From Acidobacteriota bacterium (GTDB taxonomy: Bacteria; Acidobacteriota; UBA890; WLXD01), in assembly GCA_965205505.1 (NCBI GenBank), contig CBDBHB010000007.1, forward strand, positions 32,001 through 96,000: a stretch of 64,000 nt of DNA, given 5' to 3'. Below, piece after piece: positions 18,856 through 28,056 of the stretch (positions are counted from its first letter, which is position 1; each line of letters opens with the position of its first letter). Below the pieces are notes generated by a model. That model was not told the origin of the DNA and made no database searches. It saw only the letters and a program-made list of their open reading frames with translations. A program made the position numbers and the translations under genes.

Positions 18856-19898
18856 TCATGCTGCTGAAACCTCTACAGGTGCGCGCAACGGTTCGTACTC
18901 GTCTCCACTCAGCCACAGTCGGTGCAGCACAACGGCGAGCTTACGGGCGACAGCAACTGCTGCCTTTTTGTTGCCATGAGGACCACCGCGTCCGGCCAGC
19001 TTGAGCCCCCAGCGTCTGAGCTCAGTATCGGGCCCGAAGGGGCCCAGGATGTAATGCGCCGAGCCCACCAACAGGCGTCGGAGCATTTTGTCGCCCGCCT
19101 TGGTTATTCGTAGCGCAGGGTCCTTGTCCCCCGACTGCCGTTTCTTCGGTCTCAGTCCCAGGTACGGGCCCACGGCTCTGGAGGTATTGAACCGCTCCGG
19201 CTCCTCGAGCGTCAGCACATACGCCAGTGCGGTCAGAGCTCCGACCCCGGCCACTTGCTGGAGCTGCTGTGTCTCCGGGTATCGCCCCTGGCACAGCTGC
19301 ACGATCTGACGCTCGTATTGCTGGATGTTGCCCGTCAGCATGGCGATCGTTTCAAGCACCGGCTCGAGCGCTCCCTTGAGCCGCTCCGGTATGTGCTCTG
19401 GCGCGGTGCGCGCGAACGCCGGCGTCGAGCACCTGGGAATACGACAACCGGCCGACTTGACCGCACCACGCACATGGCTCACCAACTGCGTGCAGCTCTT
19501 TACCAGAGCATCTCGGCTCCGAATCACGGCTAGATCCGCTCGCGCTTGTCTGCCTCGATGCTGCACCGTCTTAAGCAGCTTTGGGTCCATTCTGCCCACT
19601 CGTGCCAGGTGCTCGGCATCCAACCGGTCGGTCCGTGCTCGCCATAGATCAGCTTCAGCCGCCTCGGGTTAGCCACCAGCACCTCATGACCCAGTTGCTT
19701 CAACTGCTCACTCATCCACGGCGAGTGCGTTCCAACCTCCAGCACTACTCGAGCGGGCTCCTCGCACCCGAACCGCCTCGCCAGCCCCTCCGGGCTCGTC
19801 CTCACCCGCCCTTCCTCCATCACCCTGCCCTTACTGTCGAGCACGCACATACGGCTGTACCGGTCGCTTACGTCCAGTCCAATCGTTACACTTGTCAT
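18856..19898 (-). pseudogene. IS110 family transposase/recombinase, frameshifted near 19635
   Basis: ORF 19530-19898 carries IGLDVS and VVLEVG; the second frame resumes TDRLDA...GVGALTA...YLGLRPKKRQSG...ITKAGDKMLRRLL...VAVARKL. Confidence 0.9.
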
Positions 19899-19899
19899 C

Positions 19900-19983
19900 G
19901 GCCAACCTCCTTGGGCTTCGAGCCCGTTACGTTTGAAGAAACGTTTGCAGAGCCGTCAGGCTACTGCGTTCAGGAGGTTGGCC
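19900..19983 (-). promoter_or_regulatory. 12-bp inverted repeat able to sequester the transposase Shine-Dalgarno
   Basis: GGCCAACCTCCT (19900-19911) / AGGAGGTTGGCC (19972-19983); on the mRNA the 3' arm contains AGGAGG just before the ATG. Confidence 0.7.
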
Positions 19984-20070
19984 TTCTCATCTCATCTAGC
20001 AGTCACGGGGTCCACCGCGGCGACGCCGGCGGCGAGACACTGGAGCGGACCCGCAGCCGCAGACGCGCCT

Positions 20071-20079
20071 TGCTACAAT
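20071..20079 (+). promoter_or_regulatory. Putative extended -10 promoter (TGcTACAAT) for hslV, possibly leaderless
   Basis: TGCTACAAT ends 6 nt before ATG 20086; no SD visible. Confidence 0.55.
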
Positions 20080-20085
20080 CGACGC

Positions 20086-20631
20086 ATGACGAGTCGGTTC
20101 CACAGCACCACGATCTGCTGCGTGCGGCGCGGCGCTCAGGTCGCCATGGGCGGTGATGGTCAAGTGACGCTCGAGCACACGATCATGAAGGCCGGCGCCC
20201 GCAAGGTTCGCCGCATGTACAACAACATGGTATTGGCAGGCTTCGCCGGCTCGGCCGCCGACGGCCTGGCGCTGTTCACCCGCTTCGAGGGGAAGCTCGA
20301 GAGCTTCAATGGGAACCTGCGACGCGCCGCCGTAGAGCTGAGCAGCGACTGGAGAACCGAAAAGAGTCTTCGGCATCTTCAGGCACTGCTCGTCGTCGCC
20401 GACGCCGAGACATCGATCCTCTTGTCCGGTACCGGCGACGTCATCGAGCCAGATGACGGAATCCTGGTAATCGGCTCAGGTGGCTCGGTGGCCCTCGCCG
20501 CCGCCCGCGCGCTCATCGCCCACACCGAGCTCGACTCCGAGTCTGTCGTACGAGAGGCGTTGTTGATCGCGGCGAGCATCGACATCTACACGAACGAGAA
20601 AATTCGGGTCGAAGTGCTGGAGGCACGATGA
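20086..20631 (+). CDS. hslV: ATP-dependent protease subunit HslV
   Basis: HSTTICCV...GDGQVT...GFAGSAAD...IGSGG...IDIYTN. Confidence 0.96.
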   Translation: MTSRFHSTTICCVRRGAQVAMGGDGQVTLEHTIMKAGARKVRRMYNNMVLAGFAGSAADGLALFTRFEGKLESFNGNLRRAAVELSSDWRTEKSLRHLQALLVVADAETSILLSGTGDVIEPDDGILVIGSGGSVALAAARALIAHTELDSESVVREALLIAASIDIYTNEKIRVEVLEAR

Positions 20632-20689
20632 GGACGCAGAACCGTCGCAGCGTTAAGTCAGCCGGGCCGCCGGCGAGCAGCTGGTAGAT

Positions 20690-22081
20690 ATGGCGATTTC
20701 ACTTCCCGAGAAGCTCGAACCCAACGCCGGCGAAGTCGGCGAGCTCACGCCGAGACAGATCGTGGAGCTACTCGACAGGTATGTCATCGGACAGCGAGCC
20801 GCCAAACGGGCGGTTGCCATCGCCATCCGCAATCGCTTCCGTCGATTGCGGCTGCCAGCCGATCTGGCCGACGAAGTGGCGCCCAAGAACATACTCATGA
20901 TCGGCCCGACCGGCGTCGGCAAGACCGAGATATCCAGGCGGTTGTCGCGGTTGACCGGCTCGCCATTTCTCAAAGTCGAGGCGACCAAGTTCACCGAAGT
21001 CGGTTATGTCGGTCGTGACGTCGAATCGATGGTACGAGATCTGCTCGATATAGCCATCGAGATGGGGCGACAGGAGCATGCGGTGGAGGTCGAAGCCCGG
21101 GGGCGACGGCAAGCCGAGGACCGCTTGCTCGACGTGCTGCTGCCGCCGGTACCAATCGCTCGGACGGCGGGCAAAGACACCGACGCGACGCGACGCGCCA
21201 CGCGGGAGAAAATCCGTGCCCAACTACTCGCCGGCGCCCTCGACGACCGCATGGTGGAAGTGGACGTTCCCGACAACCGCTCACCGTCGTTCCAGGTATT
21301 CACCGGCCAGGGTAGCGACACGATGGACGTTAGCCTGAAAGACATGTTGCCGGGCGTGTTCGGTGGCGGGCGTGGCGCCACGAAGCAGCGTCGCATGTCG
21401 GTACCGGAGGCGCTGGAACACCTCACTCGAGAGGCCTCCGACGCGCTCATCGACGAAGACGAAGTAATTCGCGAGGCGCTCCAGAGGGCCGAGTCGTCGG
21501 GCATCATCTTTCTAGACGAGATCGACAAGATCGCCGGGCGGGAGGGATCGCGAGGCCCGGAGGTGTCGCGCGAGGGAGTACAGCGCGACATCCTGCCGAT
21601 CGTCGAGGGCACGGTGGTGAAGACCCGCAACGGCATGATTCGCACCGATCACATACTTTTCCTTGCCGCCGGCGCGTTTCACGTCTCCAAGCCGAGCGAT
21701 CTCATCCCCGAGCTGCAGGGCCGTTTCCCACTGCGGGTGGAGCTCGACGCGCTTGGCCGCGACGATCTGGTACGCATTCTCACCGAGCCGGAGAACTCGC
21801 TGGTGCGGCAGTACTGTGCGTTGCTCGAAACCGAGGGTGTGCACGTCGAGTTCACCGATGACGCGATCGAGGCCATCGCCGAGTTAGCGGAGACGGTCAA
21901 CGAGCGCACAGAGAACATCGGCGCGCGACGACTACACACGATGATGGAGCGTGTGGTGGAGGAGTTGTCGTTCGAAGCACCCGAGCGAAGCGGCGAATCG
22001 ATAACGATCGACGCTGCCTACGTGCACGACGCGCTTGCCGATATCGTCAAGGACGAAGACTTGTCGAAGTACATCCTGTGA
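20690..22081 (+). CDS. hslU: ATP-dependent protease ATPase subunit HslU
   Basis: [53 protein letters not shown]. Confidence 0.97.
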   Translation: MAISLPEKLEPNAGEVGELTPRQIVELLDRYVIGQRAAKRAVAIAIRNRFRRLRLPADLADEVAPKNILMIGPTGVGKTEISRRLSRLTGSPFLKVEATKFTEVGYVGRDVESMVRDLLDIAIEMGRQEHAVEVEARGRRQAEDRLLDVLLPPVPIARTAGKDTDATRRATREKIRAQLLAGALDDRMVEVDVPDNRSPSFQVFTGQGSDTMDVSLKDMLPGVFGGGRGATKQRRMSVPEALEHLTREASDALIDEDEVIREALQRAESSGIIFLDEIDKIAGREGSRGPEVSREGVQRDILPIVEGTVVKTRNGMIRTDHILFLAAGAFHVSKPSDLIPELQGRFPLRVELDALGRDDLVRILTEPENSLVRQYCALLETEGVHVEFTDDAIEAIAELAETVNERTENIGARRLHTMMERVVEELSFEAPERSGESITIDAAYVHDALADIVKDEDLSKYIL

Positions 22082-24294
22082 AGAGTCGCGGCACCTTGGT
22101 CGGCGCACTCGCCATTTTGGCGGCGGGCTGCGGCGCGCGAGGGGCACCCATGGCACCACTACGGATAGTGCCGCCGTCGCTACCCGGCGCCGAAATCTCG
22201 CAGCTGGGAACACGCGCCCTGGTGCGATTCCTGCCCATCGCCGAAATCATCTACATGGGCGACGAAAACGAGATAACGATCGAGCGCGCCGAGATCCTCA
22301 TGCTCACCGAGCGTTACCCGGCTCTCACCGCACCGATTCTGGCACAGGGGCTCGATCGCGAGCGTACCGCGCGTCTTGAGCTCACACGTCGTGCCGTCGC
22401 ACTAGCAGCCGAGAGCGCCGAAGCGCGTCGCCAGGCGGAAGAACGACTCGCCGCTGAGGCAGCAGCAGCAGCAGCCGGCATCGAGCTCCCGCCTGAAGAA
22501 GTAAGCGCGCCCGAGGACGAACTAGCCGAGGATGAAGAGCTCATCACCGAGGAACAGCGATTGCTCAACCTACTGCCGGGCGGCACGTTGCGCGAATGGC
22601 GGGAGGCCGGCCTCGAGGGCGATATCCTCGTGGAGGCGGCGCGGTGGTTCGACGAAGCGGTCGATGAGCTCTGGGACCTGCTCGGCATGCCGACCGCAAT
22701 CGTCGATACGCGCCGGCCGCCGCAGCTACCGCTACCATCGTTGATCATTGAGAAGGCTGCCCAGCTGACACGTACGCACCCGTACGAAGGGAGCGTCGAG
22801 GTTGCCAATTTCTTGGCCCGCGCTGCAGTCGTTGCAACGATTCCGTTCGAAGACATCAACGACTACATGGTCAACGGAAGGGTGCGGATCGACTACAACA
22901 TCGGGACATCGTCTAGCGGGCCAGTACGCACGCGTTACTACTTCGCCGCCCGCGCTGTCGACACCAAGGGTAACGAGGGGAGCATCGACACGATCATGGC
23001 CCTCGCCCCGGGGGGTGTACCGCTGGCGCCGACCGATCTGGAGGTCGAGGTCACGCCCGGAGGAACTCGGCTCAACTGGACGGCGCCCGCCGGTGATGTC
23101 TGGGGCAACCTCCTCGACTCCGATGAGATCAGCTACAACATCTACCGTCGCATCGTCGACTCGGAACTCGTCTCCGTGAAACCGATCAACTTTGGACCGA
23201 TTGTCGGCACCGAATACCTCGACAGCACCATGTCGTGGGGCGACCGCTACCTCTATGAGGTGCGTCCAGTAGCCACGCCGCCGACCAGCGACTACACGTC
23301 GCTGCTGGTCGAACCCGACCCGGCCCAGCAGGTGACGGTTGCTCCGGCCATCCCGTTGCCGGCGCCGCCGATCAACCCGGCGTTGCTGGGGGCGACCGGG
23401 CGCACGGGCCCGATCAAGGAGGGCAGCGGCGCGCTGACGCCGCCCGTGTACGTGGTCGACGACTTCAAGCCCGACACGCCACTGGCCCTACGGGCCGTTC
23501 GAGCCGCAACGCGAATCACGTTACGCTGGACCGCTTCCTATGCGACCGACCTGGTTGGTTATCGAGTATACCGTCGCCAGCTGATCGACGATCCGTGTGA
23601 CCCAAGGTACATGCCGGACGATGCTGAGGCCGCCGCCGTCGCCGCCGCCACCGACGACGAAACCACCGACGACGCCCCTGACGAAACCACCGACGAGGGT
23701 GGCAACGAATCCGGCTGCCTGGATGCCGTCTTTGCGGCAGCTGATGATGAAGAGGCCGCTGAAGACGACATCGTCCGCGTCGAAGGCGCACCTGACGACA
23801 GCAGTGCGAGCGACGAGCCGCACGAAGAAGAGGACGTTGCAGAAGACGACATCGCAGCAGGGGCCGACGACGCGGACGAGGCCACCCCCAACACGACCGA
23901 TGCCGCCGACGAGGGTGGCGATCCGATTGACGAAGCGGAGGGTGACCGACCGAGCAACGACGCCGAGGATGACGACAACGCTGAGGACAACAACGCAGGC
24001 GACAACGGCGCAGAGAGCGACGAGCCGGCCGACGAGAATGCCGAGACCGAGACCCAGACCGAGACCGACGATGGTGACGAGCCCGTCGGCCGGCGTCGAC
24101 GCGGCAACGAGCTCGTAGCCGGCGGCTGGGAGATGCTGACCGCCGTGGTGATAAGCGAGGTACGCTACACGGATCCCACCGGATCTAACGACACGGCTTG
24201 GGAATTCGTTGTCGAGGCGGTCGATGACTCAGGCAATGTCAGCATGCCGGGCCTCGTCAAGGTCCGTCTCGAGAACGAAGTCGAAGAGCAGTGA
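22078..24294 (+). CDS. Large lipoprotein with fibronectin type III-like domains and a long Asp/Glu-rich insert
   Basis: Lipobox [10 protein letters not shown]; Fn3 patterns LNWTAP..YNIYRR..YLD..YEVRPV and LRWT..GYRVYRR..YTD..FVVEAVD..GN.S; GTGA overlaps with hslU and dapF. Confidence 0.8.
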   Translation: MKSRGTLVGALAILAAGCGARGAPMAPLRIVPPSLPGAEISQLGTRALVRFLPIAEIIYMGDENEITIERAEILMLTERYPALTAPILAQGLDRERTARLELTRRAVALAAESAEARRQAEERLAAEAAAAAAGIELPPEEVSAPEDELAEDEELITEEQRLLNLLPGGTLREWREAGLEGDILVEAARWFDEAVDELWDLLGMPTAIVDTRRPPQLPLPSLIIEKAAQLTRTHPYEGSVEVANFLARAAVVATIPFEDINDYMVNGRVRIDYNIGTSSSGPVRTRYYFAARAVDTKGNEGSIDTIMALAPGGVPLAPTDLEVEVTPGGTRLNWTAPAGDVWGNLLDSDEISYNIYRRIVDSELVSVKPINFGPIVGTEYLDSTMSWGDRYLYEVRPVATPPTSDYTSLLVEPDPAQQVTVAPAIPLPAPPINPALLGATGRTGPIKEGSGALTPPVYVVDDFKPDTPLALRAVRAATRITLRWTASYATDLVGYRVYRRQLIDDPCDPRYMPDDAEAAAVAAATDDETTDDAPDETTDEGGNESGCLDAVFAAADDEEAAEDDIVRVEGAPDDSSASDEPHEEEDVAEDDIAAGADDADEATPNTTDAADEGGDPIDEAEGDRPSNDAEDDDNAEDNNAGDNGAESDEPADENAETETQTETDDGDEPVGRRRRGNELVAGGWEMLTAVVISEVRYTDPTGSNDTAWEFVVEAVDDSGNVSMPGLVKVRLENEVEEQ

Positions 24295-25346
24295 GCGCGG
24301 CGCGCCGTCAGCCGCTCGAGTTCAGTCACTACTCCGGCGCGGGCAACGATTTCATCGTGCTCGACGAGCGTCACGGAGCATCGTCGGCACACGCGTCAAC
24401 GCAGGCCAGGGCACTGTGTCGACGCGGGGTTTCGGTGGGTGCCGACGGGCTGATCCTGATCGGCGTGAACGGCCTGGACGCTGGAGTCTCCGGACGCATG
24501 CAACTATGGAATGCGGACGGAACATCGGCGGAGTTCTCGGGCAACGCGGCGCGCTGTGCGGTGCGCTATCTCGTCGACGAAGGACTCGCAGCCGGGCAGG
24601 TGCGCCTGCAAACCGGGATCGGTGTGGTCAACGGCCATGTCGATGGCACCAACGTACGCGTCGACGTACCAGTTACGGCAGCGGTCTGGCCTCAGCGTCG
24701 CATCCGTGTCGAAGGTCGGGATCTCGTCGGAACATACGTCCAGGTCGGTGTTCCGTTCTTCGTGCTGATGCATGAGGACCCGGACGACCTTCCGGTGCGC
24801 TACCTCGGTCGCGCCATCCGCAATCATCCAGACCTGAAGCCCGCCGGTGCCAACGTCGATTTCGCCCGCGTCGACGATGAGCAAAACCTCTACTTTCGCG
24901 TCTACGAGCGCGGCGTCGAGGCCGAGACGTTGAGCTCCGGCACCGGCAGCATCGCCGCGGCGCTGGCTGCAGCCGCTGCGCATCGCGCCGCTTCGCCGAT
25001 CGCCTGCCACGCACGCGGCGGCACGCTCACGGTACGGTTTCGTGCCGCTACAGCAGCTGCTGCCGAGGCGGCCTCGCCCGTGGTTGACGCTGATACCGGC
25101 GCCGCATCCGACACAACAACGGCGACCAGCCACGCGGCGCCAGGTGACCAACAGACCGGCGCCGCGGAGAACGATGAGACGCCGTCGATAGCGGAACCGG
25201 CGTCGACAACAGAACGGCTCGACGCTCCCGGGCTGCCTCGCGTGGCCGTAGGGACACCGTTGCGGTTCGCCCACATCCAGGTTGAGGGCGACACCCGCCA
25301 GGTCATGCGCGGGACTGCCTTTGTCGACGCAATGCGGCTGGAATAG
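24291..25346 (+). CDS. dapF: Diaminopimelate epimerase family protein (both catalytic Cys positions are Ser)
   Basis: GAGNDF, VGADGLI, NADG..AEFSGNAARC, GANVDF, RVYERGVEAETLSSGTG. Confidence 0.85.
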   Translation: MSAARRQPLEFSHYSGAGNDFIVLDERHGASSAHASTQARALCRRGVSVGADGLILIGVNGLDAGVSGRMQLWNADGTSAEFSGNAARCAVRYLVDEGLAAGQVRLQTGIGVVNGHVDGTNVRVDVPVTAAVWPQRRIRVEGRDLVGTYVQVGVPFFVLMHEDPDDLPVRYLGRAIRNHPDLKPAGANVDFARVDDEQNLYFRVYERGVEAETLSSGTGSIAAALAAAAAHRAASPIACHARGGTLTVRFRAATAAAAEAASPVVDADTGAASDTTTATSHAAPGDQQTGAAENDETPSIAEPASTTERLDAPGLPRVAVGTPLRFAHIQVEGDTRQVMRGTAFVDAMRLE

Positions 25347-25443
25347 GGCTCAGCGGCTGGTCCGTCAGCGCGGTGCCAAGCGCCGCGTTACCCCGGCGCT
25401 CCATGAACGCATCGACCCGGAGCCCGAGTCCGCATACCTGGTC

Positions 25444-27300
25444 TCAGGGCAACACCGGCACAGCCCTTTCATTCGTGGGCAGCAGGCATCGCGGCACCGG
25501 GAGATCCGCGTCCTCGGCCTGCTCCGTCCAGGCAATCAGCCGACCGGACCGATCGAACGTCGCCGATCGGTTGTCCCAGTCCCAGCGCCGGACGACGTTA
25601 TCGTGGCGCGCCGTGGGCTCCCCCCAGGCAGCCAGGACGTGGCGGTATTCCATCTCGAAGTCGAGCTCCGCTGCCAGGATCATGCGACGCAGCTCCTCTT
25701 CCAACCGCTGGCCGGCGAACGTCCGCCACACCCTCGACAGTTCAGATGGGGGCTTGGTGCTGATTGCCAGCGACGTGCGCGTATAGCGTGTGGTCGGCGC
25801 ATACAGATCGACGCGTACCCTTCGCAACAAGACCGGCGCCGGCGCCAGAACCTTCGGCCAGTCCGTCGGGGCCAGCGTCACCCGCTCGAATATTGCGCTG
25901 CCGACCTCCCCCACTGCAATGCTTCGATCTGCTGGCAAGAGGCGTACGGTGATCTCTTCGGCGTCGTCGGGGATGGTCACCACGAGGCTCGCCGTTCCGG
26001 GTAGGGCGCCCACTGTCCCGCTCCCGGCCTCACGCAGGTCGCCGGCCTCGATCTCGAAACCGACGGTGACCGTCGAGGTAGTGCCGTCGAGCGTGGGGCC
26101 GGCCCTGGCCACAACGTCGAGCCTGAGCTCACGGCCGCGCAGCCGCCGGCTCATGGCCACCGGCAACTTCTGTTCGAGGTAGACGGCCTGGCGCCGATTG
26201 TTGTCCTGGAGGAGCACTCCCGTCGGAAGCGCTGACGGCACCACGCGCCGCGGTAGGGCGCTATCGTCGGTCGCCGCCGGCCAGAGGCGTGGGGTGAGAT
26301 CGAACGAGCCGAGGAACCGGTCTTCCTCACGCCGAACACCGGGAGCCAAGCACGCGGGAGCGCTCGGGGGCGCATTGAGAGCGCCGGCCGCCAACCCGTG
26401 AGGATCCAGGGCGCCGGCCAGGCGCCAACAGGGTAGAACAAACCCGGTTATCTCGGCAGGCAGGTTCGGATCCAGCTGTAGCTGGCTGTTACCGAGTAGT
26501 CCGAGCACCGGCAACTTCGAGCGCAGTCGGCCGAGCGATTCCCACTCATGCTCACCACGGCGAAACACGAACGGCAAGATCGATGTCACGTGCAGCGTCC
26601 CGAAGCTCGCCTCCTGAGGCCACGGGCCCAACGCTTCGCGACCGCCGAGCAAGCTGACCGCTTCGTCGACCACCCGCGAAGGCACGGACCAAGCCGGAAC
26701 CGCCAAAGTCTCACCGACGTCGCGTACTTCGCTGGCGTCCAACTCCAAGGTGTTCGTCCACCATTCGAGCTCGACTGTGAGCGGCCGGCGCAACGACGCC
26801 AGGTACAGATCGAACGACGACAGCGGAGGATCCGGTGGCGGGAGGCCAGTAATCAAAGCGGCGATGACCGCCGACTGGAACGCCGCGCTCGCCGATTCCA
26901 GATCCTCGCCGCTGGGGCGTTCAGTGGGAACTGCAGGCGCCGCGACGTCGCGCAGCAAGGAGATTGGGCCAACCCGGTCCTGCAGCTCCTCGACGGTGGC
27001 CGCGACCACGTACCATTGCTGCCGCCGCGACCAGCTCTCGGGGTCGCCAACCATCTCCCACTCGCGCCCGAAAGTATCGGTGGCCTCGCCCAGGTACAGG
27101 AAGACCTCCCCGGCGTCGAAAGCAAACAGCTCGTCGTCGGTCACCTCGGCGGTGGCGCGCAAAGCGCCCGCCTCGAGCGCGATCGCGTACATCGGCTCTT
27201 CGATCGGCTCGCGTGTCCCGGGGGGCGGTGTCTGTGCGTAGCTCTCGGCCGCGATGAACGCGAGGACGAGCGCGGTGCGCACGAACCGAAACCGTTTCAT
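25444..27300 (-). CDS. Hypothetical secreted protein
   Basis: 618-aa ORF with signal peptide (MKRFRFVRTALVLAFIAA), ATGA overlap with the upstream gene. Confidence 0.75.
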   Translation of the reverse strand: MKRFRFVRTALVLAFIAAESYAQTPPPGTREPIEEPMYAIALEAGALRATAEVTDDELFAFDAGEVFLYLGEATDTFGREWEMVGDPESWSRRQQWYVVAATVEELQDRVGPISLLRDVAAPAVPTERPSGEDLESASAAFQSAVIAALITGLPPPDPPLSSFDLYLASLRRPLTVELEWWTNTLELDASEVRDVGETLAVPAWSVPSRVVDEAVSLLGGREALGPWPQEASFGTLHVTSILPFVFRRGEHEWESLGRLRSKLPVLGLLGNSQLQLDPNLPAEITGFVLPCWRLAGALDPHGLAAGALNAPPSAPACLAPGVRREEDRFLGSFDLTPRLWPAATDDSALPRRVVPSALPTGVLLQDNNRRQAVYLEQKLPVAMSRRLRGRELRLDVVARAGPTLDGTTSTVTVGFEIEAGDLREAGSGTVGALPGTASLVVTIPDDAEEITVRLLPADRSIAVGEVGSAIFERVTLAPTDWPKVLAPAPVLLRRVRVDLYAPTTRYTRTSLAISTKPPSELSRVWRTFAGQRLEEELRRMILAAELDFEMEYRHVLAAWGEPTARHDNVVRRWDWDNRSATFDRSGRLIAWTEQAEDADLPVPRCLLPTNERAVPVLP

Positions 27301-28001
27301 GCGATGCTCTCGCCGGGCTCGATCGCCAGCACCTCGACATCGAGACCACGCTTCTCACACTCTTGGCGAAGCTCTTGAGGCGTCCCCGCCAGCACCGGCC
27401 AGGTACCGTAGTGCATCGGTACGACGCGCCGAACGCGGAGCAGCTCGCATGCCTTGGCGGCAGACCGCGGGCCCATCGTGTAGTTGTCGCCGATGGGCAG
27501 CAGGGCGATGTCGGGGGCATACAGCTCGGCGATGAGAGCCATGTCGCCGGCATGATAGATGCTCGTCCCATCGTCGAAGCTGAGCACCAGCCCTGCGGGC
27601 ACGCCGCCGTACAGCATTCGATCGCCGTCCTGGATCCCGGCGGTATGCGTCGCGTGCACCATCGTGATCGACACACCGTCCAGTTGCACGGTACCGCCGA
27701 TGTTCATCTCCACGACCACGTCGGCAGCAATCCCTTGACCGCGCAGCCAGGTGGCCAACTCGACGATCGCCACGACGGCGCTCGGGCCGTTCTCGGCGCA
27801 CACCTGGAGAACGTCGCCAACGTGATCGACGTGACCGTGAGTGATGGCAACGATGTCGAGGCGCTCGAATGACTTCAGCGCATCGGGACACCGAGGGTTG
27901 CTCATCACGAACGGATCAATGAGCACAGTGCTGCCGGTGGGCCCGGTCAGCAGGAATGTCGAGTGACCCAGCCAGGTAATGGTGACCCCAGGCGATGACA
28001 T
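27297..28001 (-). CDS. UPF0173-like metal-dependent hydrolase (metallo-beta-lactamase fold)
   Basis: ITWLGHS, LIDPF, THGHVDH, YHAGD, LLPIGD.YTMGP, VPMHYGTWP. Confidence 0.9.
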   Translation of the reverse strand: MSSPGVTITWLGHSTFLLTGPTGSTVLIDPFVMSNPRCPDALKSFERLDIVAITHGHVDHVGDVLQVCAENGPSAVVAIVELATWLRGQGIAADVVVEMNIGGTVQLDGVSITMVHATHTAGIQDGDRMLYGGVPAGLVLSFDDGTSIYHAGDMALIAELYAPDIALLPIGDNYTMGPRSAAKACELLRVRRVVPMHYGTWPVLAGTPQELRQECEKRGLDVEVLAIEPGESIA

Positions 28002-28056
28002 TGCCGATCTCCAACCTCGAACGACGCGGCGCACGAATCGATTCTATGCCTTCTGC

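Larger units (their letters stand above)
18596..19997 (-). mobile_element. IS110 family, IS1111-group insertion sequence (~1402 bp)
   Basis: DEDD transposase; 11-bp sub-terminal IRs ATGAGAAGGCC (18599-18609) / GGCCTTCTCAT (19980-19990), 3 and 7 nt from the ends; CT core at both junctions (18594-95, 19996-97); long 3' non-coding end. Confidence 0.9.

Noticed and set aside
19600-19660. Programmed frameshift in the IS transposase
   Set aside because: No slippery sequence, the conserved Lys is missing, and IS110 enzymes are normally single ORFs
19933-20085. N-terminal extension of HslV in the ORF track
   Set aside because: It runs through the IS end; HslV needs a near-N-terminal Thr, and ATG 20086 fits
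23600-24080. GAC/GAG-rich quasi-repeats as a possible CRISPR or tandem array
   Set aside because: Low-complexity acidic coding sequence with no fixed repeat-spacer period
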